Part shown: in pieces, positions 48,927 through 57,986 of the stretch | How the letters are laid out: each line of letters starts with the position of its first letter | Numbering within the stretch: position 1 is the first letter of the stretch | Assembly: GCA_937891765.1 (NCBI GenBank) | Contig: CALAGQ010000038.1 | Location: 9,079-73,078 of the forward strand | From: an uncultured Nitrospina sp. | GTDB lineage: Bacteria; Nitrospinota; Nitrospinia; Nitrospinales; VA-1 | Length of the DNA: 64,000 nt | Direction: 5' to 3' | The notes under the pieces: model-generated | Told to the model about the DNA's origin: nothing | Databases searched by the model: none | What the model saw: the letters and a program-made list of their open reading frames with translations, nothing else | Made by a program: the position numbers and the translations under genes

Positions 48927-51332
48927 ATGGGTTCAGAAAAAATCGTGTTACCACTCCTCCCCTTACGGGATATTATTGTCTTCCCGTTCATGGTACTTCC
49001 CCTGTTTGTAGGCAGGGAAAAATCCATTCTGGCCCTGGAAAAATCCATGGCCGATCAAAAAAGCATCTTCCTTTCCGCCCAGCGCAATCCCAACAATAAC
49101 GAACCACAATCCGCCGATATCTACGAGATGGGAACGGTGGCAAATATTCTGCAAATCCTCAAGCTGACCGATGGAACCATGAAAGTTCTGGTCGAAGGCC
49201 TGCAGAGAGGGCGCATTGAAAAGTTCGTTGAGAACCCTGACTATTTTGAGGTGGAGGTCAACCGCATTCATGAAAACGACCAACTCACACCCGATGTCAA
49301 AGCGCTGATGCGCAGTGTGGGAACGGTGTTTGAGCAATACGTAAAACTGAATCAAAAAATTCCTCTGGAAGCCGTGGCCGCCAGTGCCAGCATCATGGAG
49401 CCGCACCGCTATGCCGACACTATTGCCGCCTACATGGTTTTTCAAACTCAGGAAAAACAGGAACTGCTCGAAACCCTGAATCCGTCCGACCGATTGAACA
49501 AGCTTCTCGGCATTCTAAAATCGGAGATGGAAGTCCTGAAAATTGAAAAACGCGTTCATGGCAGAGTACGAAAGCAAATGGAACGCAGTCAGAAGGAGTT
49601 TTATCTCAACGAGCAGATCAAAGCTATCCAGAAAGAGTTGGGCAAACGCGATGAGTTCAAAACCGATATGGATGAACTCAAGCAAAAAATCAAGAAAGCT
49701 AAAATGCCCAAGGATATCCATGAAAAAGCCGTCAAAGAATTAAAACGGCTGGAGCTCATGCAACCCATGTCCGCCGAAGCGACGGTTGCCAGAACCTATA
49801 TCGAATGGCTCGCCGACCTGCCTTGGAAAAAAGGCGCCGGAGCCGATAAAATTAAAATTCCCGAAGCCCAGAAAATTCTCGACAGAGACCATTACGGGCT
49901 GGAGAAAGTCAAAGAACGTATCACCGAACACCTTGCAGTCATGAAACTGGTCAAAAAAATCAGAGGGCCCATCCTCTGTCTGGTTGGGCCGCCGGGTGTC
50001 GGCAAAACCTCATTAGGACAATCCATCGGCAAAGCCATGGGCCGAAAATTTGTTCGCATCTCCTTAGGCGGCGTGCGAGATGAAGCAGAAATCCGCGGGC
50101 ACCGCAGAACTTATATTGGCGCGCTACCAGGGAAAATTATTCAAGGTATCAAAAAGGCCGGTGTTCATAACCCTGTCTTCATGCTCGATGAGATCGATAA
50201 AATGAACGCCGATTTCAGGGGCGATCCCTCCTCCGCATTGCTGGAGGTTCTCGATCCGGAACAGAACTCCACTTTCAACGACCATTACCTGGAAGTCGAT
50301 TACGATCTTTCCAATGTTCTTTTCATCTGTACCGCCAATGTCCTGCACTCCATTCCGCAACCGTTGCTGGATCGAATGGAAGTGCTGCGCCTGCCCGGGT
50401 ACACCGATCAGGAAAAAATGGGCATCGCCAAAAGTTTTCTCGTCCCTAAAAAAGTACCCGAACACGGCCTGACCAAAAAGAATATAGAAATTTCTGACAA
50501 GGCTCTCGACAGAATCATCCACGACTTCACTCGCGAAGCAGGTGTGCGAAACCTGGAACGGGAAATCGCCACACTCTGTAGAAAAGTGGTTAAAGTCGTT
50601 GTCGAAAAAGGCAAGAAGACCAGCGTCAAAATCACCCCGTCCGTTCTGGAAAAGTATCTCGGCATCCCCAAATTCAAGAAACCTGAATCCGAAGGCCCGC
50701 TGGAAATTGGTACTGCCACCGGCCTGGCATGGACAGAGTTTGGCGGCGAAACTCTTACCATAGAAGTCACCGTGCTTCCCGGTAACGGCAAGCTCGTGCC
50801 CACAGGGCAACTCGGCGATGTGATGAAAGAATCCGCACAAGCCGCTATGACCTATGTGCGCTCACGTGCCGGGGATTTAGGACTGCCCAAAAACTTCTAC
50901 CAGAAAAATGATTTCCATATTCATATTCCCGAAGGCGCCGTTCCTAAAGATGGCCCCTCAGCCGGAATCACCATGGCCGTAGCACTGGTCTCGGCATTGA
51001 CCCAAACTCCCTTGCGTCCCAATCTCGCTATGACCGGAGAACTGACCCTGACCGGAAAAGTTTTGCCCATCGGCGGACTCAAAGAAAAAGTTCTGGCAGC
51101 CCACAGGTTCCGCATCACCCATCTGATTATCCCAGTGGAAAACGAAAAAGATATTCCCGACATCCCAGAAAATGTCAGGAAGGACATACAGTTCTATCCC
51201 GCCACCACCATGGACGATGTGCTCAAACACGCGTTCAATAAAAAGCTCAAACTCAAGAAAAAACCCGCCCCAAAAAAAACAGGGAAAGTTTCAAAAACAT
51301 CCAGCAAACAACCCAGCCTCCGCCTCAACTAG
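48927..51332 (+). CDS. lon: Lon protease; start 48927
   Basis: [34 protein letters not shown]. Confidence 0.98.
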   Translation: MGSEKIVLPLLPLRDIIVFPFMVLPLFVGREKSILALEKSMADQKSIFLSAQRNPNNNEPQSADIYEMGTVANILQILKLTDGTMKVLVEGLQRGRIEKFVENPDYFEVEVNRIHENDQLTPDVKALMRSVGTVFEQYVKLNQKIPLEAVAASASIMEPHRYADTIAAYMVFQTQEKQELLETLNPSDRLNKLLGILKSEMEVLKIEKRVHGRVRKQMERSQKEFYLNEQIKAIQKELGKRDEFKTDMDELKQKIKKAKMPKDIHEKAVKELKRLELMQPMSAEATVARTYIEWLADLPWKKGAGADKIKIPEAQKILDRDHYGLEKVKERITEHLAVMKLVKKIRGPILCLVGPPGVGKTSLGQSIGKAMGRKFVRISLGGVRDEAEIRGHRRTYIGALPGKIIQGIKKAGVHNPVFMLDEIDKMNADFRGDPSSALLEVLDPEQNSTFNDHYLEVDYDLSNVLFICTANVLHSIPQPLLDRMEVLRLPGYTDQEKMGIAKSFLVPKKVPEHGLTKKNIEISDKALDRIIHDFTREAGVRNLEREIATLCRKVVKVVVEKGKKTSVKITPSVLEKYLGIPKFKKPESEGPLEIGTATGLAWTEFGGETLTIEVTVLPGNGKLVPTGQLGDVMKESAQAAMTYVRSRAGDLGLPKNFYQKNDFHIHIPEGAVPKDGPSAGITMAVALVSALTQTPLRPNLAMTGELTLTGKVLPIGGLKEKVLAAHRFRITHLIIPVENEKDIPDIPENVRKDIQFYPATTMDDVLKHAFNKKLKLKKKPAPKKTGKVSKTSSKQPSLRLN

Positions 51333-51337
51333 CCCGT

Positions 51338-51624
51338 CACTCGGCGTGGGGCCAATTAAACAACCTTCCCCCTGATACGAACAATAGGAATACGCTTTGT
51401 TCGAAGGGATCGAGGGGGTTTACTTGTCATCCTGAGCCTGTCGGAGGATCTAGCTGTTGCGCTCTCTTTCATAAAGTACCCGTTCCGGGCACGAACGCTA
51501 AGGCTTAATACCACGAGGGCCGGGGTGATTGACATTCAGAATGCATTTTGTTCGATGGGTTGAGTTGAACTTCCCCCATGTCAGGGCGAGGTTTGGCTTT
51601 TGGCGATCGCGAAGCGTCACCGCC
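51338..51624. repeat. repeat-rich spacer between convergent lon and lipoprotein genes
   Basis: core 51338-51355; GTCATCCTGAGCCTGTCGGAGGA at ~51426; reversed GGCGGT..ATCGCC hairpin 51602-51624. Confidence 0.6.
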
Positions 51625-51648
51625 CCATTGGCCGTGGCGCCTGCGCCA

Positions 51649-52488
51649 CTACATTTCGCCTTTGAGGTCTTCGAAGGGGAGTAATTTTTCGTATTGGAGG
51701 GCAAGCACCAATCGGGGATCGGTGGTAAAACTTTCTTTGATGACACTTAGCAGGGTGGCCCCTTCGGTGAGAAATGTTTGCAGGCCCGTGTCATCATTTA
51801 TTTTTCGTTGCGACAGTTCAGCATAAAGATCTATAAAGCGTTTGGACTGGGCCAGAGACGCACCGATTTCAGAATAGGAGACTTTGCGGTTTCTGCTTTC
51901 AATGGCAAACTTGGCGAACCGTACCCAGTTATCTATATCACCCTTGACCTCGCCTAATGCTAGAAAATGGTTTCTATAACCATCTTCCCCCATCTCTTCA
52001 AACCTTTGCACCGTAGCCGCACCCCATCCACCTAAATTAACTTTGTCGGCGTTCTTGCAAATATGTTTGAGGGAAAACGCCAGCCGGTTGGTCTGGCTGT
52101 CCAACTGCATACCATAGTTGGAATAAGGTTTGGCTTTAGCAACTCTCTCATAAGCGTGCCAGACACCACCGCGCTTTTGCACTTCGGTGCGTTTTTGATC
52201 GATGGCCTTGGCCTGTTCGACACATTCCTGTTGCGAGTTGATCGCAAGGGTTGCTGGTTTTTTCAGTTTGTCGGCCAGGGCCGGGTCGACGGGAACTTCA
52301 ACGCTCTTTTTATCGGCGTTGGCAAAGAGACCATCTTTGCTTTTACTCACTGTTTCCTTGCGCACCCATGTGTTTTCCTTCACTGGCATCTGGAAGTTGG
52401 ACTTTTCGACCACCTCTTCATCATTCATCCCACTGCCACAACCTGCAACCATGACCAGCATTAAAACTATCAATCGCCCGTATTGCAT
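51649..52488 (-). CDS. hypothetical lipoprotein
   Basis: signal peptide with lipobox VAGC; 279 aa. Confidence 0.8.
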   Translation of the reverse strand: MQYGRLIVLMLVMVAGCGSGMNDEEVVEKSNFQMPVKENTWVRKETVSKSKDGLFANADKKSVEVPVDPALADKLKKPATLAINSQQECVEQAKAIDQKRTEVQKRGGVWHAYERVAKAKPYSNYGMQLDSQTNRLAFSLKHICKNADKVNLGGWGAATVQRFEEMGEDGYRNHFLALGEVKGDIDNWVRFAKFAIESRNRKVSYSEIGASLAQSKRFIDLYAELSQRKINDDTGLQTFLTEGATLLSVIKESFTTDPRLVLALQYEKLLPFEDLKGEM

Positions 52489-52570
52489 ACCCGTAAAGAC
52501 CCCTATAAATTTTTAAATGAAGTCACCGTTATACACTAAATTGCATTTGCTTGCAGTGGCAAAACAGTCC

Positions 52571-52600
52571 CCCACTCGGCGCCGGCCGGCGCCGAGTGGG
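52571..52600. repeat. perfect 30-bp palindrome made of two head-to-head element ends
   Basis: CCCACTCGGCGCCGG|CCGGCGCCGAGTGGG. Confidence 0.9.
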
Positions 52601-52738
52601 CGGTGTCAAAGAAATGGTGCGAGGTGGGAAGATTGGCGGTTTTTACCCATTTATCGAATCGGCCACAGTTTCACGAAAACTCCCTAACCCATTTAACTTT
52701 AAAGGGTTAGGGTCTATCCTGCAGACGAAGTCTGCTCT

Positions 52739-52754
52739 CGGCACACGAATTGCA
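52739..52754 (+). promoter_or_regulatory. sigma-54 -24/-12 promoter upstream of the FlgO-like lipoprotein gene
   Basis: CGGCACACGAATTGCA with GG at 52740-41 and GC at 52752-53. Confidence 0.6.
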
Positions 52755-52818
52755 AAACTCGTTAAGTGAAATCTGATTTATGACGATAAGACCATAAAAT
52801 AATAAAGGTTTATAAACT

Positions 52819-53391
52819 ATGAACACACGAACACTCTTTTATTTACTGATCATTTCTATTTTCATTTCCGGCTGTGAAGTGAAGATGGGCCCCTCACAGT
52901 TCTGGGACAAGGTATTCAGAACGCAAACGGACTCCAACTACTACAGAGACAAGTCAGAAGACCTGATACAAGCTTTGACCGCGGGCGTTGAAGAATATGA
53001 GATCAATAAAGTCACGGTTATGGATTTGGTCGATGAAGAGGACAAGTCCCCTGTGCTTGGGGAATATTTAGCAACGAGAGTCGTGGAAGCGATCACCAAA
53101 AAATATTTCTTTAAGGAAAAAGTTTTTCGGGTAGCGCAAAAGGGAGAAGTCACCGCGGTGATGGAACAGTTAAACCTGAAACCCTCCTACTCGTATAACA
53201 GAGAACAAATCCGGGAGATGGGCAAGGCGCTCAAATCTCAAGCGCTTATTACAGGTCGTATCACCGACCTGGGGACGAACATTGATGTTCACCTTACCCT
53301 GACCGATGTCATGAGCGGAGAAGTGATAGCGTCCGCCACCGAACATCTGACCCGGACCAAATTCGCCGTAGAAATGCTACGCCACCACTAA
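52819..53391 (+). CDS. FlgO/CsgG-like lipoprotein
   Basis: lipobox ISGC; alpha/beta pattern LGEYLA..V..ITGRITDLG..IDVHL..DVMSGEVIASA. Confidence 0.7.
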   Translation: MNTRTLFYLLIISIFISGCEVKMGPSQFWDKVFRTQTDSNYYRDKSEDLIQALTAGVEEYEINKVTVMDLVDEEDKSPVLGEYLATRVVEAITKKYFFKEKVFRVAQKGEVTAVMEQLNLKPSYSYNREQIREMGKALKSQALITGRITDLGTNIDVHLTLTDVMSGEVIASATEHLTRTKFAVEMLRHH

Positions 53392-53415
53392 CCGGCGAGC
53401 CGCCGGAGACAAAAG

Positions 53416-53518
53416 GGCGGTGACGCTTACGCGACCGCCAAGAATTATTGCTAGCAGTATTAGTTATTGCTATCTGCCACCGGCGGCACGGCGGGCTCAT
53501 TGGCCCCACGCCTAGTGG
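53416..53518. repeat. hairpin plus reversed element core overlapping the shc 3' end
   Basis: GGCGGTGACGCTTACGCGACCGCC at 53416-53439; core 53495-53518. Confidence 0.8.
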
Positions 53519-55469
53519 AGCGGTAGCGGGACAAGGCCATCAGTGGGAAGAAGTGTTGATACATATGGTATTTGATGAAGAAATGGATGGGAAACCCTGT
53601 ACCGGTGAACTCATCCTCCCACCAGCTTCCTGAATAATCCCCCGAATCTTTTTGTGTTTCGATTAAATAACGCACGCCGCGTTCTGTCGCCGGGTTTTCG
53701 GCCTCATCGGCGGCGATGAGCCCCAGCAAGGCCCAGGCAGTTTGCGATGCCGTGCTTTGACCGCGACCGCGCAAGCTCGGTTCCGTATAACTCTGGCAGG
53801 TTTCACCCCAGCCGCCATCTTCATTTTGGTGAGACTCTAACCAGAGCACAGCGTTCCGGCTGAACCTATCCTTCATGTCTTCGCCGATGGCTCGCAACCC
53901 GTTCAAGGCCAGAAACGTTCCATAAATATAGTTCACTCCCCAGCGACCAAACCAGCAACCATCCACTTCCTGACGTTCTTTGACAAACTGGATGGCTCGT
54001 TGAACCTGTGGGTGCTGTTTTTTGAATCCCCATTTCGCCAGCATCCAAAGAATGCGGCTGGTCACATCTACCGTTGGCGGGTCGAGCAACGCCTTATGGT
54101 CGGCGAAAGGAATTTCGTTGAGAACTTCCTTATCGTTATCAACATCGAAGGCACCCCATCCACCACTTTTACTCTGCATGCTCAACAACCAGTCCATCGC
54201 CCGCTGGCACTCGCGCAGTTTCCAACGGTTGTCGGTGACATCAACCCGGTCGAGGAAAAGTAAAATCTCTGCGGTGTCATCGGTGTCCGGGTACAGTTCA
54301 TTATAAAACTCAAAGGCCCAGCCTCCCGGCTCCGCTTTCGGGTTCTTCACCTGCCAGTCGCCGCGCTTGATCACCTGTTTGCTGACAATCCACTCACCGG
54401 CTTTCACCATGGCCGGGTGGTCGGTGGGCAATCCCGAATCGAGCAAGGCGTTGGAGCAGATGGCCGTGTCCCACAAGGGTGAGACGCAGGGTTGCATCCA
54501 GAGCCGCCCGTCTTTTTCCAGCATGAAGCGATCCACCGCTTCCATGCCTTTCACGCAGGCGAGATGGTCTTTGGCGTAGCCCAAAAGGTGCAACGCTAAA
54601 AGAGCATTGAACATTGCCGGTTGAATACCGCCAAAGTCGCCCTCTTCTTCCTGATGTTCCAGCGTCCACACCTCGACTTTCTTAAGCGCTTTTTTGCGCA
54701 GAGGTTTCCAGGGGAACTTGCCGATGATTCTGATAAAACCATCAAGATAGATAAACGTGTTCCGCCAATTAGTGAAAGGCAAGCCGCTGGGCTTGAAACT
54801 CAGATCACGATCTTTTTCGGTGAACAATTCCTGAACGTCGCGTCCTTCCGGCAACTCGTGCACCGGTTCTAAAGAACGCACGACAGAAAGAGGAACCACC
54901 GTGCCGCGTGACCAACTCGAAATCTCATAGATATTGAAAGGAAACCAGTCGGGCAACAACACTATTTCCACCGGCACCGCCGGGCAATCATCCCAGGAAA
55001 CCTGGCCGAACATGGCGAGGAACATTTTTGTGAAGACCCGGGTTTTTTTTATGCCGCCGTTGGCAAAAATCGCCTGACGCGCCCGCACCATCTCTTTCCG
55101 GTCAGCAGGAAGACCAGCCATTTTGAGAGCCAGATAGGACTCAACCGTCGAGTTGATGTCACACAAGCCACCATAAAATAGCGGCCAACTGCCGTCTTCC
55201 CTTTGCAGGTGTAGTAGATATTTTACGACCTGGTCTTGTTTGACCGGGTCCAGCCGGTCGGTGAAATGCATGAAGAAAATATATTCGGCCGAAATGGTGA
55301 CATTGGCCTCCAATTCATCCACCCAATAGCCGTCGCTATGCTGGAGGGAGAGTAGAAAGTCCCGCGAGCACTCGATGGATCGGTCCAGAGCCTCTCCTTT
55401 GACATCCACCCCCGTTTGGGCGGACTCTTCAGCAGGCTGCAAATCTTCAGGTTGAGTCATATTTTCCAT
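53460..55469 (-). CDS. shc: squalene-hopene cyclase
   Basis: catalytic DTDD, QW repeats (QREDGSW, QSKSGGW, QEVDGCW, QNEDGGW), FTGTGFP. Confidence 0.97.
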   Translation of the reverse strand: MENMTQPEDLQPAEESAQTGVDVKGEALDRSIECSRDFLLSLQHSDGYWVDELEANVTISAEYIFFMHFTDRLDPVKQDQVVKYLLHLQREDGSWPLFYGGLCDINSTVESYLALKMAGLPADRKEMVRARQAIFANGGIKKTRVFTKMFLAMFGQVSWDDCPAVPVEIVLLPDWFPFNIYEISSWSRGTVVPLSVVRSLEPVHELPEGRDVQELFTEKDRDLSFKPSGLPFTNWRNTFIYLDGFIRIIGKFPWKPLRKKALKKVEVWTLEHQEEEGDFGGIQPAMFNALLALHLLGYAKDHLACVKGMEAVDRFMLEKDGRLWMQPCVSPLWDTAICSNALLDSGLPTDHPAMVKAGEWIVSKQVIKRGDWQVKNPKAEPGGWAFEFYNELYPDTDDTAEILLFLDRVDVTDNRWKLRECQRAMDWLLSMQSKSGGWGAFDVDNDKEVLNEIPFADHKALLDPPTVDVTSRILWMLAKWGFKKQHPQVQRAIQFVKERQEVDGCWFGRWGVNYIYGTFLALNGLRAIGEDMKDRFSRNAVLWLESHQNEDGGWGETCQSYTEPSLRGRGQSTASQTAWALLGLIAADEAENPATERGVRYLIETQKDSGDYSGSWWEDEFTGTGFPIHFFIKYHMYQHFFPLMALSRYRSTRRGANEPAVPPVADSNN

Positions 55470-55583
55470 ATAGTTAGCTTATTTGCCCGGAAAGGTTTAG
55501 AGCAGACAAATTTAGTCTATTTTCACCAAAAAATAAAGTAAAGAAACATTCCGGTGAATCTGCCGTTTATTGGTGGTTTCTGG

Positions 55584-55612
55584 TTGACAGGGGCGCATAT
55601 CTCTTTTATTAT
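55584..55612 (+). promoter_or_regulatory. sigma-70 promoter of rplM-rpsI
   Basis: TTGACA-N17-TATTAT. Confidence 0.8.
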
Positions 55613-55660
55613 AGCCGGTTTACACCATCAAAAATAAATATTGACTGAAACCGGACTCTA

Positions 55661-56089
55661 ATGAAAACCTTTTTTGCAAAACCAAGCGACGTTGTTAAAA
55701 AATGGGTGGTGATTGATGCTACCGATAAACCATTGGGACGCGTAGCCAGCACAGCCGCCTCAATCATTCGCGGCAAAACCAAACCCATTTACACTCCCCA
55801 TGTGGATACCGGGGATAATGTCATCATCATCAACGCCGCAAAGGTTAAACTGACCGGTAAGAAATGGGACGACAAAATTTATTACCATCATACCGGTTGG
55901 CCGGGAGGAATCAAATCCGTCACGGCAAAACAGGTGCTCGAAAAACAGCCTTCTGATCTGCTGAAAAAAGCGATTGTGGGAATGTTACCGAAGACAAGAT
56001 TGGGCAGAGCTCTGCACAGCAATTTCAGAATTTACAATAATGACCAGCATCCGCATACGAGCCAGAATCCGGACGTAGTCGGTATCTAG
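55661..56089 (+). CDS. rplM: 50S ribosomal protein L13
   Basis: IDATDKPLGR, RGKTKPIYTPHVDTGD, GMLPK. Confidence 0.98.
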   Translation: MKTFFAKPSDVVKKWVVIDATDKPLGRVASTAASIIRGKTKPIYTPHVDTGDNVIIINAAKVKLTGKKWDDKIYYHHTGWPGGIKSVTAKQVLEKQPSDLLKKAIVGMLPKTRLGRALHSNFRIYNNDQHPHTSQNPDVVGI

Positions 56090-56208
56090 CGATAGAGCAA
56101 TAGCTTTATAAGCCGAGAGAACTTTTTGCTCGCCTGAAAAAGTTATTTCAATTTGCCATCGGCGGCTATGCCGGTATTTAAACTTTTTAAAAAGAGAGCA
56201 AAACGATT

Positions 56209-56607
56209 ATGGAAGGCACCATCGAAAAATTTTACGCAACGGGGAAACGCAAAGAGTCTATCGCCAAAGTATGGATTCAACGCGGCGACGGAAAAATCTC
56301 GGTCAACAATAAAACCATTAAGGAATATTTTTGCCGGGAAAGTCTCGAGTGCATCATTAAACACCCGTTAATCACGACTGACACATTAACGTCTATAGAC
56401 ATCCATGCCACCGTCCAGGGTGGGGGTCTTTCCGGTCAGTCCGGCGCTTTGCGCCTGGGTATCTCCCGGGCTCTCATATTGACCGACTCAAGCTTACGAG
56501 CACCCCTTAAAAAAGCGGGATTCCTCACTCGGGACTCAAGAACCGTAGAAAGAAAAAAATACGGACAACCCGGGGCACGCAAAAAATTCCAATTTTCCAA
56601 ACGTTAA
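56209..56607 (+). CDS. rpsI: 30S ribosomal protein S9
   Basis: YATGKRK, GGGLSGQSGA, ERKKYG..ARK.FQFSKR. Confidence 0.98.
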   Translation: MEGTIEKFYATGKRKESIAKVWIQRGDGKISVNNKTIKEYFCRESLECIIKHPLITTDTLTSIDIHATVQGGGLSGQSGALRLGISRALILTDSSLRAPLKKAGFLTRDSRTVERKKYGQPGARKKFQFSKR

Positions 56608-56608
56608 A

Positions 56609-56641
56609 AACAACATCACGCCCGATGGGCGTGATGTTGTT
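56609..56641 (+). terminator. 15-bp stem hairpin after rpsI
   Basis: AACAACATCACGCCC-GAT-GGGCGTGATGTTGTT immediately after the stop. Confidence 0.75.
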
Positions 56642-56780
56642 CCTAAGTATCCATGTCCCGCATGGGCAAATATAAGCAATAACTTGTTGGTCGTTGCTAT
56701 TTGCCTTTCCTGCCAAGGGGTGTGCCGTCCACTATGGTATGATAACGCTGGTTGAGCCGCGATAGAGCCGCAATATAAAG

Positions 56781-56811
56781 ACATTGCTAACTGAGCCCAG
56801 CGTCACGCTGG
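56781..56811 (+). repeat. hairpin repeat upstream of argC
   Basis: ACATTGCTAACTGAGCCCAGCGTCACGCTGG. Confidence 0.75.
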
Positions 56812-56845
56812 CCAGCGGAGGCACTCCGCTTGAACAGGCATTACT

Positions 56846-57883
56846 ATGATTAAAATAGGTATAGCTGGAGCCAGTGGATACACCGGCCTGGAATTGATTC
56901 GTCTACTTGTCGGACACCCGGAGGCCGAGCTGTCAGTCCTGACCTCCGAGACATTTCAAGGACAAAATATCGCCGAGGTTTTTCCGTCTCTGAATGGAAT
57001 TGTTAACCTCAAGCTTCGGCCTCTGGATGACAACATCGCAAAAGACTGCTCCGTTTTGTTTCTGGCCTTGCCTCACATTGCGGCCATGGATAAGCTTCCC
57101 GTTTATTTGCAGTCCGACTGCAAAATCATCGACCTGAGCGCGGACTATCGGTTGAAAGATCCCGCAGCCTACTCGGACTGGTACTCCGTCACCCATACTC
57201 ACCCGGAACTTCTTGAGCAGGCCATATATGGTTTGCCAGAACTGCATCGGCAAAAGATTCAAACCGCACGCTTCGTTGCCAACCCGGGTTGCTATCCGAC
57301 CAGTGTGATTCTGGCTCTGGCTCCGCTACTTAAGACCGGGTGGGTGGATCTCGATTCAATAATTTCAGACAGCAAGTCCGGCGTTTCCGGTGCCGGACGC
57401 AAACCGTCACTGACCACTCATTACACCGAGGTCAACGAAGGCGTCAGCCCTTATGGTCTGGCCAGTCACCGGCACACTCCCGAAATGGAGCAGGAACTTT
57501 CTACTCTGACGGGCAAACCCGTGCGCCTTACGTTTTCCCCGCATCTGGTTCCCATGACCCGGGGGATGTTGAGCACGGTTTATATCAACCTGAACGAAGT
57601 CCTCAGCGATGAAAAACTGGTCGAGCATTATCGCGAATTTTATAAAGACGAAAGTTTTATTCGCGTGCTAAATCCGGGAAAATTCGCCAGCACTCGTCAT
57701 GTCCTGTCTTCTAATTTTTGCGATATTGGCCTCAAGGTCGATGCGCGCAACCAGCGCTTGATCATCACCAGCGCGTTGGACAACCTGATCAAAGGCGCTT
57801 CGGGACAAGCGGTGCAGAATATGAACATCATGCTGGGCTTGGATGAAAAAACCGGTCTCATGACCCCGGCAGTTTTTCCTTAA
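56846..57883 (+). CDS. argC: N-acetyl-gamma-glutamyl-phosphate reductase
   Basis: GASGYTG, DLSADYR, ANPGCYPT, SGVSGAG, DNLIKGASGQA. Confidence 0.97.
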   Translation: MIKIGIAGASGYTGLELIRLLVGHPEAELSVLTSETFQGQNIAEVFPSLNGIVNLKLRPLDDNIAKDCSVLFLALPHIAAMDKLPVYLQSDCKIIDLSADYRLKDPAAYSDWYSVTHTHPELLEQAIYGLPELHRQKIQTARFVANPGCYPTSVILALAPLLKTGWVDLDSIISDSKSGVSGAGRKPSLTTHYTEVNEGVSPYGLASHRHTPEMEQELSTLTGKPVRLTFSPHLVPMTRGMLSTVYINLNEVLSDEKLVEHYREFYKDESFIRVLNPGKFASTRHVLSSNFCDIGLKVDARNQRLIITSALDNLIKGASGQAVQNMNIMLGLDEKTGLMTPAVFP

Positions 57884-57986
57884 AGTACTTCAAAAAATTA
57901 TTTTTGCCACGAGCGGCCCTTATGAGATATGGGCCTGCGAGTTGCCACAGAGAAAATTACCGAATAAATAAAGACTCTCACAAATC

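Noticed and set aside
52614-52640. TGGTGCGAGGTGGGAAGATT, resembling the reverse 3' end of a tRNA (possible att remnant)
   Set aside because: No T-loop (TTCGAA), T-stem spacing is off by one, it does not match tRNA-Leu 45247, and no integrase is nearby
9407-55469. Carbamoyltransferase or radical SAM genes as hopanoid side-chain tailoring for shc
   Set aside because: They are 30-45 kb from shc with no hpn genes adjacent, so there is no positional support
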